DNA of 64,000 nt from a virus (IMGVR_UViG_3300047444_000577:34441-98440), one strand, 5' to 3'. Counted from the stretch's first letter, positions 29,374-39,315 are shown. Numbers and translations are program-made. Notes: generated from the letters alone by a model not told the origin.

Positions 29374-29637
29374 TTATCGGTTCTCGGGTCGAACGTCCCG
29401 CTCTTTCGCGATCTGTGCGGCGCGCTGCCGGGTGAACCCGAACATCTCCCCCAGGGACGCGAAGGAGTACTTCCGCGTCAGGTACACCGCGTACATCAAC
29501 GCATCCCGTGCCTCGGAAGCGCTGGCCGGATAATCGGTGGCGCAGCGGATATCGCAGTAGATGACCCGCTCGTCCTTGCCGATGCCGAGCAACCTCCGGC
29601 ACCCGCGACAGCGCACGTCCTGGAGGAGGTCAGCCAT
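29374..29637 (-). CDS. Zn-finger plus HTH DNA-binding protein
   Basis: CRGC...CDIRC and SFASLGEMFGFTRQRAAQI. Confidence 0.65.
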   Translation of the reverse strand: MADLLQDVRCRGCRRLLGIGKDERVIYCDIRCATDYPASASEARDALMYAVYLTRKYSFASLGEMFGFTRQRAAQIAKERDVRPENR

Positions 29638-29866
29638 CTTCCTTAGCGCCCCCCAGCTCGTGCCGGATAGCCTCAAGCCCCCCGCTCACCTCGTCGAGGA
29701 GTTCCAGTGGGAAGGTGATTCCGCGACCGTACTGCTTCAGTGACGGGATGAACTCCCGCAGGTCTACGAAGTCCCCGTCGTTCGGTGACGCGACCAAGGA
29801 GACATGCAGCTCCTTGTCGGACACATAGGGCACGCGTACGCGGACCTTTCGTGCTGCCTCGGCCAT
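29630..29866 (-). CDS. PC4/YdbC-like ssDNA-binding protein
   Basis: FVDLREF....GRGITFP motif. Confidence 0.6.
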   Translation of the reverse strand: MAEAARKVRVRVPYVSDKELHVSLVASPNDGDFVDLREFIPSLKQYGRGITFPLELLDEVSGGLEAIRHELGGAKEDG

Positions 29867-29940
29867 CAATACCTCCGCCGTCTCGTATACACCCACCGAT
29901 CCTACGCGGGCGCAAGCGGATACGGCAACTCGCTTGACGC

Positions 29941-30216
29941 TCAGTAGAGGCCAATCCAGTGGCACACCGTCGATATGGCCAGCAGAACTGCGACGACCTT
30001 CACCACGCGCCAGAACTCACCCGGCGCATGCGGTCCCCCAATGCCCTGCTGCATACGCTGCTCGTACATCTGGTGCTGCTCGAAGTAGAACTGCTGCTGT
30101 TGCAGCTCCATTAGTTGCTCGGTCGCCTCGTGGTCGCCGGAGGACGTGCTGTACTGCGCCTGGGCTCTCTGGCTCGCACTGTTGAAGTCGCTCATCGTTC
30201 CCTCTCCCTGCTTCAC
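29941..30216 (-). CDS. Small membrane protein
   Basis: Gln-rich N-terminus and a hydrophobic C-terminal helix. Confidence 0.5.
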   Translation of the reverse strand: MKQGEGTMSDFNSASQRAQAQYSTSSGDHEATEQLMELQQQQFYFEQHQMYEQRMQQGIGGPHAPGEFWRVVKVVAVLLAISTVCHWIGLY

Positions 30217-31292
30217 TGCGTCCGGCGCAGCGGTACGACATTCTCCTGGCTGACCATGGCGGTAAGGAAGGGCTTCCCCCGGAGCATCTGGTCCCGGCGT
30301 GCTCGCTCGCTGGACAGGCCAAGGTACCGCTCAGTGGTGGACATGGATGCATGGTGCAGCAGAGCACTGACAGTGCGCAGTGCTGCGTCGTAGCCGATCT
30401 CGTTGGTCATGCTATCGAAATAGGCGCGGGCGACTGCCCGGCGCAGGGTGTGGGTGCCCTCGTAGCGGGTGGGCAGACCTACAGCGGCCAGGGCGTGCTT
30501 GACGATCTTCTCGGTGCGGGTGACCGGGCGCTCGGGGTGGTAGGTGTACGGGGTGCGCTCCAGGATCCTCGTGCCGGTGTTGGGGTCGAGGTAGTTGCGG
30601 GCGATGACGTTGCCGGACCGTGCGGGGAAGAGGTAGTCGTCGGCGCGCAGGGGGCGACCAAGGGTGGCGGCGTACTCGACGAGCCAGACCCGCAGTTCTC
30701 GTTCGAGGTCGGCGGTCAGGGGCATCTCGTCCTCCTCCTGGGTTTTGACCACGGTCACGAAGACCTCCCCGGCCGCGAAGTCGATGTCACCGACGCGGAT
30801 GCCCGTGATCTCGCTGGCACGGCAGGCGGTGTTGATGGCCACGGCCAGGTAGGCACGGTGCATGGCGCACTCGGCCTGGTCCAGGAGCTGGAGCAGCAGG
30901 TTGGGGCTGGGCTGCTGGCGGCGTCGGCGGGGCAGCTTGAGTGGCTCGACGCCGTCAAGGAGGGTGCCGGACTCGGTGTAGCCGTTGGCCTTGGCCCAGG
31001 TGAAGAAGACCCGCAGCCTGGCGCGGTAGTTGTTGTGGGTGCCGGGGCCGACGGCCTCGCGGATGGTTTGGCCCTTGATGCGGGTGGAGTGGGTGTCCAT
31101 GACGCCCCCCTCGCCGTAGAAGAAGTCGCGGACGACGTCCATGGTGAGCTGGCTGAAGTCGGGGTCACCCACGTGTCCGGCGAATCGTGGCAGCAGGGTG
31201 CGGTCGACTCGCATGGTGTTGTGCGCCTTCCCGGCCCGCTTGCGCAGGGACAGGTACTCGGTGACTGCGGTGCTGACTGTGCCGCTGCTCAT
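30213..31292 (-). CDS. Tyrosine recombinase/integrase
   Basis: TACRASE (R), HTLRR (HxxR), LLHH and TERYL (Y) catalytic residues; RBS AGGAGG. Confidence 0.92.
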   Translation of the reverse strand: MSSGTVSTAVTEYLSLRKRAGKAHNTMRVDRTLLPRFAGHVGDPDFSQLTMDVVRDFFYGEGGVMDTHSTRIKGQTIREAVGPGTHNNYRARLRVFFTWAKANGYTESGTLLDGVEPLKLPRRRRQQPSPNLLLQLLDQAECAMHRAYLAVAINTACRASEITGIRVGDIDFAAGEVFVTVVKTQEEDEMPLTADLERELRVWLVEYAATLGRPLRADDYLFPARSGNVIARNYLDPNTGTRILERTPYTYHPERPVTRTEKIVKHALAAVGLPTRYEGTHTLRRAVARAYFDSMTNEIGYDAALRTVSALLHHASMSTTERYLGLSSERARRDQMLRGKPFLTAMVSQENVVPLRRTQ

Positions 31293-31409
31293 GTGGACCT
31301 CCTGGTGCGGGGTGCTGGTGAGGCAACGCTACAGACGTCAAGCGATATCTGCAACCTTCTTGACAGGGTGAGGCTAGCAATAACAAGGAATCGGTACTAT
31401 GGTTCCGGT

Positions 31410-31571
31410 ATGAACCAGACCGAAGAGCGCACCGACCGACTTCATACCTACGCGGCTCCCAACCAGCCGCGCGTGACCGTGAGCTGGAAGACCCGCGAGT
31501 GGAGCAACGCCGACCGGGACAAGTTGGCCCGGACGCTCTTCGGCCCACGCCCCGACGGTCGGTCTCACTGA
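31410..31571 (+). CDS. Small protein upstream of the serine recombinase (possible directionality factor)
   Basis: 53 aa MNQTEERTDRLHT...; -35 TTGACA near 31360; function inferred from position only. Confidence 0.45.
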   Translation: MNQTEERTDRLHTYAAPNQPRVTVSWKTREWSNADRDKLARTLFGPRPDGRSH

Positions 31572-31685
31572 CTCAGAACAATCCGCCCCAGCAGCCCGTT
31601 GCTATCCGATAGTCTCCAAGCAATAGATGACCCCCCGACGGGCGGCTACCTGTCGGGGGGTCTAACAGTCTGCTAGGGAGACTGC

Positions 31686-33719
31686 ATGGGCAAGCCCACT
31701 ACCCGCCAGAGGTTCCTCGCACGGGCAGACAAGGTTCTGCGTGTAGCGATTTACCTCCGCGTGTCCACCGCCGCGCAGGTCCAGGGATACGGACTCCAGA
31801 CCCAGAACGAGATGTGCCACGACACCCTCACCGTGAAGATGCGCGGGCAGCGGTTCGTAATCGTGGACACCTACACCGACGCGGGCGTGAGCGGCAAGAA
31901 GGCCAGCCGCCCCCAGTTCGACCGCATGAACCAGGACATCGCCGACGGCAAGATCGACGTCGTCGTGGTCGCCAAGGTCGACCGCATCGGTCGCACGATG
32001 GAGGACATCCACCGCTGGGTGTTCGACATCGACCATGTCGGCATCCGCCTCATCACCGCAGACGGCCGTCTGGACAATGCCGACGACACCTTCAAATTGA
32101 TGCTCTCCCTGCTGGCGTGGATGGCCGACACCGAGCACCTGCTGATCCTGGAGCGCACCACCGGAGGCCGCGAGGCCAAGCTGCATGAGGGTGGTTGGGT
32201 CGGCGGAGGCACGCCCTTCGGGTTCATGCTCGAAGGCAAGGGTGCTACTGCCAAGCCGGTCGCCAATCCTGCCGAGGTCGAGATCCTGGAACTGGCTATC
32301 GGGAGCATCGTTGATCACGACATGACGGTGAAGGAGGCCGCTGACTCGCTGAACAATCTCGGGAAAGTCAATCGACACGGCGGCAAGTGGGAGCAGTCGA
32401 ACCTCCGTCAGATCCTGCTCGGCAATGCCCTGCTCGGCTTTATGGCGTTCCGCGACGAGGAAGCCAACGGCAGTCGCGCAAATGCGGCACGCGACGAGGA
32501 GACCGGCGAATACCTGCACGGTGACACCGGGCGCGTCAGCCTCCCCGAAATCATCCCCCTGGAGCGCATCAAGGCCGTGCGGGCCGCACTCACGCGACGG
32601 GGTCCTCAGCGTCACCGTGAAGCGGGAATGTACCTGCTCTCGAAGAGGCTTTTCGGGCTGTGCGGAAACTACTACAGCGGGGCCGTGAAGACGCATAACG
32701 ACCGTCGGTCCTACCGCTGCACAGGCACGCTCTCCTCCCACAAGAACTACGTGGGCTGCGGCTGCACGGAGATCGACGCGGATGAGGTCGAACGCGTGGT
32801 CTGGCAGACCGTCTCCGAGGGTTTCCGGGACCGGGGACACCTGCAGGACCTGGCCGACCAGTGGCTCGGTGCTGTGCCCCTTCTGGCCACCGGCTACCGC
32901 GAGCGCATCGCGGAGCTGGAGGAGCTGCTGGAGCGCAAGCGAAAGAGCCGCAAGAAGCGTCTCGTGACCCTGCTGGCGTTGGCTGACGACGATGACGACT
33001 TCGATGCCGAGATGCTGGCCGACGTCAAGGCCGAGCTGAAGAACCAGGAAACCAAGATCGAGAAGGAGCTGAACCAGGTGCGGGGGTGGCTCGCCGACGC
33101 GGAGGTGCAGGAGCAGCGGGTCGCCGATGTATTGACCCTGGCGGACCGGGTACGTCCCGATCTGGACAGCCTGACCGAGATGCAGATGCTCGACGCCCTG
33201 ACGCTCTTCGACATCGGAGTGCACGTCCGCTCGCGGGTGGAGCGGCGGGCGGTGAAGCCGACGGAGTTCGAGACTTGGTTCAAGGGCTCCGGCCTGCTGG
33301 TGCCCGCTGTGCTGAGCGACGAGTCGTGGGCCGCCGTGGTGGACCTGTTCCCGCCCGCACGGGGCACCAAGCCGCAGCGGTCGCGTCGGGAGATCCTGGA
33401 TGCGGTGTTCTACAAGGTCCGCCACGGTCTGTCGTGGCCGGAGATGCCGGAGGAGTTCACGGCGGTGGAGAGCATAAAGGTGCTGGCGACAAAGCTGCTG
33501 CGGGATGGCTCGCTGCCGGAGGCTGTTCAGAGGCTGCAAGGGTTCGGGGGCACTCCGCCGCCTTCCCTCAACCCGCTGCCTGACCTTCACATCGAGGCGT
33601 CGTTCATGGAGCGCCGTCCCGATCCGAGCAACCTCACGATGGAGTGCGTTACGGAAGGACCCTCACGAGTAACCTTCGCGGAAGTGCTCCATCGTGAGTA
33701 TGTAACAGCAGCTTCCTGA
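31686..33719 (+). CDS. Large serine recombinase with a C-terminal IS5 transposase N-terminal-like (DUF4096-like) domain
   Basis: YLRVST, DAGVSG, RPQF, DRIGR catalytic motifs; recombinase, Zn-ribbon and coiled-coil regions; tail LSDESWAAV..LFP...REILDAVFYKVRHG.SW.EMP. Confidence 0.9.
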   Translation: MGKPTTRQRFLARADKVLRVAIYLRVSTAAQVQGYGLQTQNEMCHDTLTVKMRGQRFVIVDTYTDAGVSGKKASRPQFDRMNQDIADGKIDVVVVAKVDRIGRTMEDIHRWVFDIDHVGIRLITADGRLDNADDTFKLMLSLLAWMADTEHLLILERTTGGREAKLHEGGWVGGGTPFGFMLEGKGATAKPVANPAEVEILELAIGSIVDHDMTVKEAADSLNNLGKVNRHGGKWEQSNLRQILLGNALLGFMAFRDEEANGSRANAARDEETGEYLHGDTGRVSLPEIIPLERIKAVRAALTRRGPQRHREAGMYLLSKRLFGLCGNYYSGAVKTHNDRRSYRCTGTLSSHKNYVGCGCTEIDADEVERVVWQTVSEGFRDRGHLQDLADQWLGAVPLLATGYRERIAELEELLERKRKSRKKRLVTLLALADDDDDFDAEMLADVKAELKNQETKIEKELNQVRGWLADAEVQEQRVADVLTLADRVRPDLDSLTEMQMLDALTLFDIGVHVRSRVERRAVKPTEFETWFKGSGLLVPAVLSDESWAAVVDLFPPARGTKPQRSRREILDAVFYKVRHGLSWPEMPEEFTAVESIKVLATKLLRDGSLPEAVQRLQGFGGTPPPSLNPLPDLHIEASFMERRPDPSNLTMECVTEGPSRVTFAEVLHREYVTAAS

Positions 33720-33740
33720 CCTGCAGCTTTGAACAAACAG

Positions 33741-33771
33741 AAGAGCCCCCGGCCACTGGCTGGGGGCTCTT
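33741..33771. terminator. Bidirectional terminator
   Basis: AAGAGCCCCCGGC/GCTGGGGGCTCTT stem between convergent genes. Confidence 0.7.
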
Positions 33772-33880
33772 CTGCGTTCTCGCACCGCGCTCCATGCGGC
33801 AACACGGGGGCGGGTGCACCCGGCGGTGCGGAGAACTCTTACTCTGCTGCCCTCGTGCTGAGGAGAGTCCTGAAAGGCTA

Positions 33881-34138
33881 TCAGGCCCGCCGGTCCAGAA
33901 CGTCGAGAACGCCGAGCAGGCTCTGCGCCCCCCTGCGGGCCTCCAGCAGGCTGTCGGGGGAAGGTTCCCTCCGGTAGTCGTCCAGGGCCTTGGCGAGGCC
34001 GCTGCCTACCGCGTCGCCCCAGTTGAGCACGTCGGTCGTCGCCAGCCGGTCGAGCCGCTTGGCTGCCTTCGCGCGGAGCGGGTCGACCTTCTCCCGGCCA
34101 CCGCGCAGCCGGTTCCTCACATCAGTCCAAGCGCGCAC
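33881..34138 (-). CDS. Hypothetical protein
   Basis: ORF with GC3 bias in a minus-strand operon. Confidence 0.55.
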   Translation of the reverse strand: MRAWTDVRNRLRGGREKVDPLRAKAAKRLDRLATTDVLNWGDAVGSGLAKALDDYRREPSPDSLLEARRGAQSLLGVLDVLDRRA

Positions 34139-34216
34139 AGAACCTCGTACTCCTCGTCCATCTCGTCGGTCTTCTTGGCCACGTACCGGCGGGCCGCAGC
34201 TTCCTGCTCCTCGGTC

Positions 34217-34543
34217 TCAGAGGTGGACGTCATAGAAATTCTCCAGGACGCAGTCAGGTACCTCGTCGAAACGCTTGGTCTCGCGGATGTGCTCTTGGCT
34301 CATGGCGTCCTCACGCCCTCGCGTCGCCGTGAGCAGAGCCTCCTCCGCCGTCCGGCCGGTTCTGCGCCAGCGGCCGAGAACTATCCCGTAGCCCCGGCCC
34401 AGGTGCACGACCAGGGATCGGGACGTTCGGTACGGCGGGTCGAGTTCTTCGGTCGACGCGGTATGAAGGAAAGGCGTTTCGGGGACCAGCCTTACCGGGT
34501 GAAAGAAGAGCGGCGTCAGTGGGATATCGCGGGCGTGTGGCAT
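34217..34543 (-). CDS. Hypothetical protein
   Basis: RBS GAGG; contains the CTTCATAC motif. Confidence 0.5.
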   Translation of the reverse strand: MPHARDIPLTPLFFHPVRLVPETPFLHTASTEELDPPYRTSRSLVVHLGRGYGIVLGRWRRTGRTAEEALLTATRGREDAMSQEHIRETKRFDEVPDCVLENFYDVHL

Positions 34544-34713
34544 TCGTCAGTCCTCACATGCGTAGTCGAGAGCGCCACACACCCGACAGATCACGGCGCA
34601 GCGGTCATCCCCGCAGCCGTTGGCGCATTCCTCGGGATCTCCCCAGTCGCATTCGGTGCAGTATTTCGTAGGCATGCACGGAGCCTATTCTTGGGCCGCC
34701 TGGAATTGGTAAG

Positions 34714-35193
34714 TCAGGAGACGCCGGTTGGCTCGTCGAGGTCGTGCTCGGGTGCGTAGGCGTAGCCGTTGAGGACGCGGTTGATTCCTCGGCCGGGGGA
34801 TTGCCAGCGCTTGAAGTTCCGCCAGACGTTCGGGGGCACGTTGTAGTACCCGTAGACCTGTCCGTTGCGGAAGCGCACCCGGAGCGTCTGGGAGTCCTTG
34901 TCGTAGCCAGCGGCAAGGGTTCGTGGGCGCGGCGGGTTGATCGAGGGGGTGGGCTGGTAGGGCAGGAGGTCGAAGTCGTCGCCGTCCTTGGCCAACTGGA
35001 TGGCTTCGGCCAGTTCCTGTGACATGACCCGCCGGGATCCTGCGCGGGCTGCGGGGTTCTCGTTGCTGGGCGGGGGTGGCTTGGGGTCGGTGAGGTGGCC
35101 GAACATCGCGCGCTCGTACTTGTTGCCAGGGCGGGCCGCGCTGATGTCGATGTGGGGGATCTCGGGGCCGCCTCGGCGGCGCTTGCTGGGCAT
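34714..35193 (-). CDS. KTSC domain protein
   Basis: AAGYDKDSQTLRVRFRNGQVYGYYNVP..VW..F....SPGRGIN; RBS AAGGAG, ATG at 35193. Confidence 0.85.
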   Translation of the reverse strand: MPSKRRRGGPEIPHIDISAARPGNKYERAMFGHLTDPKPPPPSNENPAARAGSRRVMSQELAEAIQLAKDGDDFDLLPYQPTPSINPPRPRTLAAGYDKDSQTLRVRFRNGQVYGYYNVPPNVWRNFKRWQSPGRGINRVLNGYAYAPEHDLDEPTGVS

Positions 35194-35275
35194 AGAGGGC
35201 TCCTTAGACGAAGACAGCCCCGCCCCGGTTAGGGACGAGGCTGTCGGCTCCAGGCGGTCAGTCCTGGAGGGTGTG

Positions 35276-35707
35276 TCACGCGGCCGGGGGGACCTGCGGG
35301 ACGGTGGAGACGAGCGCCGGGGCGGCCGGGTCACCGAGGATGGCCGTGGTGGCCGCCGCATTGGTCGTACCGGCAGTGACGTCGGTTGCGTTGGCCGCGA
35401 GGGCGACCTTGTCAGCGGGCTCTGGGCCACCGGGGTGGGTGGCGGCCTCCTCGGCGGAGACGACGATCAGGCCGGAGTTGTGCGACTCCGGGTGGAAACC
35501 GGCGTCGGCCTGGACCTGCGGGTTCGGCAACTGGCCGATGACGAAGACCTGGCCGGGGACGGACGACTGGACCTTGAAGGCGGCGGAGGACTGGACGGAC
35601 CAGCCGAGGTTCGGGTCGTCCCAGTCGGAGGGGCGCTTCGGGAGGGTCGGAGTGGAGTAGACGGTGGGCTCGGCAGCGGGCTGCACGGAGTCGTTCTTTG
35701 CTGGCAC
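35276..35707 (-). CDS. Hypothetical Ala/Pro-rich protein
   Basis: RBS-like GAGGAAAGAG; followed by a hairpin at 35213-35246. Confidence 0.6.
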   Translation of the reverse strand: MPAKNDSVQPAAEPTVYSTPTLPKRPSDWDDPNLGWSVQSSAAFKVQSSVPGQVFVIGQLPNPQVQADAGFHPESHNSGLIVVSAEEAATHPGGPEPADKVALAANATDVTAGTTNAAATTAILGDPAAPALVSTVPQVPPAA

Positions 35708-36045
35708 TGTGATTCTCTTTCCTCGGTGTTAGCCGTTTTGCTGGACGGTCCAGCCGGGCTCTTTCACCAGCCCCTGCTCGTCCTCACTGTCATTGTGAGG
35801 GCAATCGGGGCCGTGATATACATGCTCGCCGTCGATGAAGACGCAGCGGGAGACGTACACGGTGCTCCTAAAGGGAACTTCCGGTTGCGGAATTCGAGCC
35901 TAGTGGCAATCCCGCCCCACTTTCCCATGGGCCGCAGTCGCCGAATTGGTCTCCGGACAGCATGCTCTGTCGCGGCGGGGCCCCGTTGAGGGTGTAGGCG
36001 TATCCACCCGCGTATGCGTCCCCGGTGGCAGGGATGGGTTCGGGC

Positions 36046-36252
36046 TTAGGTGTGGGCATGTGTCTTCTCCCGGGCCGCCGCGAAGCCGGTGCGCAGTTTG
36101 GCGAGGCGTGCGTTGTGGAGGCTGAGGCTGGCCATGTGGTCGACGGCGGACTCGACGAGGTTGCCTACCTCTGCGATCCAGCGGTCGAGCAGGTCCTCAG
36201 CCTCGGCGATGTCGTCGGGGACGGTTGCGCGGGTCTTCGACAGGAGTGGCAT
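36046..36252 (-). CDS. Hypothetical protein
   Basis: RBS GGAGG; coupled to the upstream membrane protein gene. Confidence 0.55.
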   Translation of the reverse strand: MPLLSKTRATVPDDIAEAEDLLDRWIAEVGNLVESAVDHMASLSLHNARLAKLRTGFAAAREKTHAHT

Positions 36253-36599
36253 CAGGTGCTCCTCCGTCGGCGCGGGGTGGGAGGAGTGGTGCCGTGCTGG
36301 AAGTAGTCGAGCACGTCTTCGAGGACGTCGGTGACGGTGGCCTGAGAGGTGATGCTGTCTCGGGTGGTCTGGATGAGGTCGCGGGCCGCGATGACCATCT
36401 GTTCGGCGAGGGGCACCACTCGCTCGGTCAGGGTCCGCAGGCGCTTGTTCTCCTCGACCTCGCGGCGGTAGGCCTTGCCGGAGACGACGACTTCTGTGAC
36501 GAACACGGCGAATATGAACGCAGCGATCGGCCCCAGGACGAGCGGGTTATCTATGGACAGCCCGCCCGACCCTGGGGCCGATGCGATGAGGTTGTGCAT
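36252..36599 (-). CDS. Membrane protein (holin-like)
   Basis: One TM helix followed by a coiled coil. Confidence 0.5.
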   Translation of the reverse strand: MHNLIASAPGSGGLSIDNPLVLGPIAAFIFAVFVTEVVVSGKAYRREVEENKRLRTLTERVVPLAEQMVIAARDLIQTTRDSITSQATVTDVLEDVLDYFQHGTTPPTPRRRRST

Positions 36600-36664
36600 C
36601 GGGGTACCGCCCGTCGCTGAAATGTGGTTTCAGCTAAATGATACCGGGGATACGGTAACCGCTT

Positions 36665-36922
36665 TTAGATATGAAGACCGGATTTCTTGAGCTGATTCCT
36701 GACCTTGATCCAGCCCGGCCCGCAGCCGGTGAGCCCGCTGATGATGGCGGTCACACCGTCCGGAGACTTCCACTTGACGTGATTCCCTCCGGTGATCGTC
36801 ACCTCCCACCCCGCCTTCCTGGCCTGCTTGGCCGCCTTCTCCAACTCCTTGTCTGCGCCGAGCCTTGATCCTTTTACGCCCACTGGCAGCTCCCATCTCG
36901 TAGCAACTCCTGCTGAAATCAA
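36665..36922 (-). CDS. HicA-like toxin / dsRBD-fold RNase
   Basis: ARKAGWEVTITGGNHVKWKSPDG motif. Confidence 0.65.
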   Translation of the reverse strand: MISAGVATRWELPVGVKGSRLGADKELEKAAKQARKAGWEVTITGGNHVKWKSPDGVTAIISGLTGCGPGWIKVRNQLKKSGLHI

Positions 36923-37180
36923 AGGTATTGGTCTTGAGTGTCCGTTGACAACCGATTCCGAGGATCAGCTTGCGTGATGCAGGTCACATTGACCTCTCAG
37001 CCCTTGACATACCCCTGTGCCACCTTGTCGAAATAGCGTTCGACCGACCTGTTTGACCTGCAGAAACAGCGTAACTCCGCACACGGGTGAACGTCGGGAC
37101 TACGGAACGGCGTCACTCAGAGTCCCCGGGGTAGGCGTAGGAATTCCTCCGCACCGACCGGTGCTGGAGTTAATTGAAGG

Positions 37181-37369
37181 ATGAACCACTGCAGGAAGGA
37201 ACCTATGGAGTACGGCTCCACAATCACGCTCCGCACGTACCAAGTCAGCGCCGACGGCCAGGTCAGCGAGGCGACGGCAGCGCGCACCGTTCCGGGTAGC
37301 GCCGAGAACGCGAGGGACGTAAACATCCACCGCTGGCCTGCATGTGCATGCCCCAGGCATCGCCGGTAG
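37181..37369 (+). CDS. Small hypothetical protein
   Basis: RBS AAGGA before MEYG; C-terminal WPACACPRH. Confidence 0.5.
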   Translation: MNHCRKEPMEYGSTITLRTYQVSADGQVSEATAARTVPGSAENARDVNIHRWPACACPRHRR

Positions 37370-37462
37370 GTACCCACGCCAAAGAGCCCCCTACGGACGG
37401 GCTGCGTGCGTAGGGGGCTCTAGCGGTGCTACTGCTCGCCGAAGGCGAACGCAGGGTCAAAT

Positions 37463-38665
37463 CTAGGCAGCGAGTCCTGTCCTCCTCGCCATAGCCATAA
37501 GCTCCGGCCTGCTCCGCTGGTGCAGGAGGAACAGCACACGCAGGACCTCCCGCGCCATCGGATGCACCTCGGTCATCTGAGGCGCGACATTGAACGCCCG
37601 CTGCAGCGATTCCTCCGCCCCGACGTTGTCCTGGAGCGCCAGACGCGCCCGCGCGGTGTCGATGTACAGGTGTGCGACCCGGGACGGCCGAAGGCCTGCC
37701 GGGGGGTTGTCGAGGAGGGGGGTCGCCATGTCGTTGGCCTTGTCCGGCTTGTCCAGCTCCACCTTCGACGCAAGGTCGTGAAGGATCGTGTTGGCGGTGC
37801 CGAACGTGAGGTTGTGCCGGAGCTGGTCCGCATCCTGCGGCAGAGCCTCCGCCAAGGCGTAGGCCTTGTCTGAGTGCGCCTGGGCGGTCACCCTGTCCCG
37901 GTGCCGTGAGGCCAGGACGACGCCACGCAGGTGAAGGGATCCGAGGCTGACAAGGCGGTCGGGGTTGTCCCGGGTTCCCGAGGTCTCCAGCTTCACGATC
38001 CCCCGGTCGACGACCGCAAGGCCTGATGCATAGTCTCCGGCGCTCTGGAAGACACCTGCCTCCGTCCAGGCCACTCCCGCTTCCGCGTTCGGGCTGTACG
38101 TCTGCTGCGCCGCCCAGGACTGCCGCGAGACGATCATCTCCGCGAGGTCGGGCTGCCCCAGCCGGTGGGCGACTGAGTAGGCGCAGCCGTAGGCGTCGGA
38201 CAGGGCCTCCCAGGCGACGCTGTCACCATCGGATGCCAGTGCCGTCGCCGTCGCCTGCTCCAGCAGCTTCGGGATGATGCGGAGCATTTCCATGTACTTC
38301 GTCCCCGCGCGCAGCTCGGCGAGATCGGCGAGGTTGGTGCGCAGCTCCTGCAGGTCCGGGACGTCTTCCTGGGGCAGTCGGTACCGGCGGATTGCTGCGC
38401 GGAGATCGTTGAGGAGTTCACCTTGTTCGACTGGCCCTATGAAGGGTTGTCCGTAGATGCGCTGGGTGCTGACCTTCAGCGCTCTTGCGAGGGCCGCGAA
38501 GATCGCGGGGGTTCCGGGGCGCTCGCCGGTCTCGATCTTGCGGAGGTAGTGCTCGGAGACTCCGGCGAGGCGTGCCAGTTCCCGGCGTGAGTGGTTGCGT
38601 GCCTTCCTCAGCAGCATGACGTTTTCGCCAGGGGCCGGGGAGCTGGCCTGAATAGTGCTGTCCAT
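37463..38665 (-). CDS. XRE-family HTH regulator with a helical-repeat C-terminal domain
   Basis: LRKARNHSRRELARLAGVSEHYLRKIETGER HTH; FGTANTILH, PSRVAHLYIDTARA and APQMT..HPM motifs typical of Streptomyces XRE regulators. Confidence 0.85.
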   Translation of the reverse strand: MDSTIQASSPAPGENVMLLRKARNHSRRELARLAGVSEHYLRKIETGERPGTPAIFAALARALKVSTQRIYGQPFIGPVEQGELLNDLRAAIRRYRLPQEDVPDLQELRTNLADLAELRAGTKYMEMLRIIPKLLEQATATALASDGDSVAWEALSDAYGCAYSVAHRLGQPDLAEMIVSRQSWAAQQTYSPNAEAGVAWTEAGVFQSAGDYASGLAVVDRGIVKLETSGTRDNPDRLVSLGSLHLRGVVLASRHRDRVTAQAHSDKAYALAEALPQDADQLRHNLTFGTANTILHDLASKVELDKPDKANDMATPLLDNPPAGLRPSRVAHLYIDTARARLALQDNVGAEESLQRAFNVAPQMTEVHPMAREVLRVLFLLHQRSRPELMAMARRTGLAA

Positions 38666-38764
38666 GTGCTCAGCCTTCCACGTCCGGGCTTCGAGGACGT
38701 TAACTCGTCAATGCCCTAGGGCCATTGTGTCACTTTTGGGTCAACTGATCTTGGTCTCAGGGAG

Positions 38765-39121
38765 TTGACTTGTAATCAGGAAGAGCACGATCGAATAGGG
38801 AGGCGATGGATGACAGTGCCAGGAGAAGCTGGCCTCCACCTTAGGCCTGATCAGGCGTTACCGCAGCAGCAAAAGGCCGAGGACATCGCACTCCGATCTG
38901 CGATGCGCTTCCAGGACGCACTCGCACTGATCGGCGTGGACATCGTCTCCGTGACGCCCCTGGTTTCCCGCCGTGGGTCCTCTGGCGTGCGACTGGGAGT
39001 ATGCGAGGCCTCCGATGTGGACAAGGTCTCCGAGGCCGTCGAACAGGTGGCCTCCGAGCGGGCCAAGGCCGCGCTGCTCGCAAAGACCATCATGGAGTTC
39101 GCGGAAGGGGGTGCGAGATGA
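38765..39121 (+). CDS. Hypothetical protein (in-frame TTA at 38858)
   Basis: Divergent from the XRE gene; probable start near 38807-38810 after GGGAGG. Confidence 0.6.
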   Translation: MTCNQEEHDRIGRRWMTVPGEAGLHLRPDQALPQQQKAEDIALRSAMRFQDALALIGVDIVSVTPLVSRRGSSGVRLGVCEASDVDKVSEAVEQVASERAKAALLAKTIMEFAEGGAR

Positions 39122-39315
39122 CCGCGAGAGCCAGGAAGCAGTCCAGACCGGTTCCGGCACCACCCCCCGTGGGCGCGCGGGTACGTCTCAAGCAGACGGA
39201 TAGCGAAGGTCATGTGACGGCCCACTTGTTCGGCGAGATCTACGTTCGCCCGATCGGGGGCGGGGTGGAGTGGTCGGCACCGCCGGAGGACGTGGAACGG
39301 ATCCCCGATGCCTAG
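39118..39315 (+). CDS. Small SH3-like hypothetical protein
   Basis: IYVRPIGGGVEWSAPP motif; ATGA coupling. Confidence 0.6.
   Translation: MTARARKQSRPVPAPPPVGARVRLKQTDSEGHVTAHLFGEIYVRPIGGGVEWSAPPEDVERIPDA

Noticed and set aside
130-30000. Long plus-strand ORFs such as 10345-13266, 3593-5200 and 27629-29533
   Set aside because: These are antisense shadows of real minus-strand genes, typical of high-GC DNA, with no recognisable motifs
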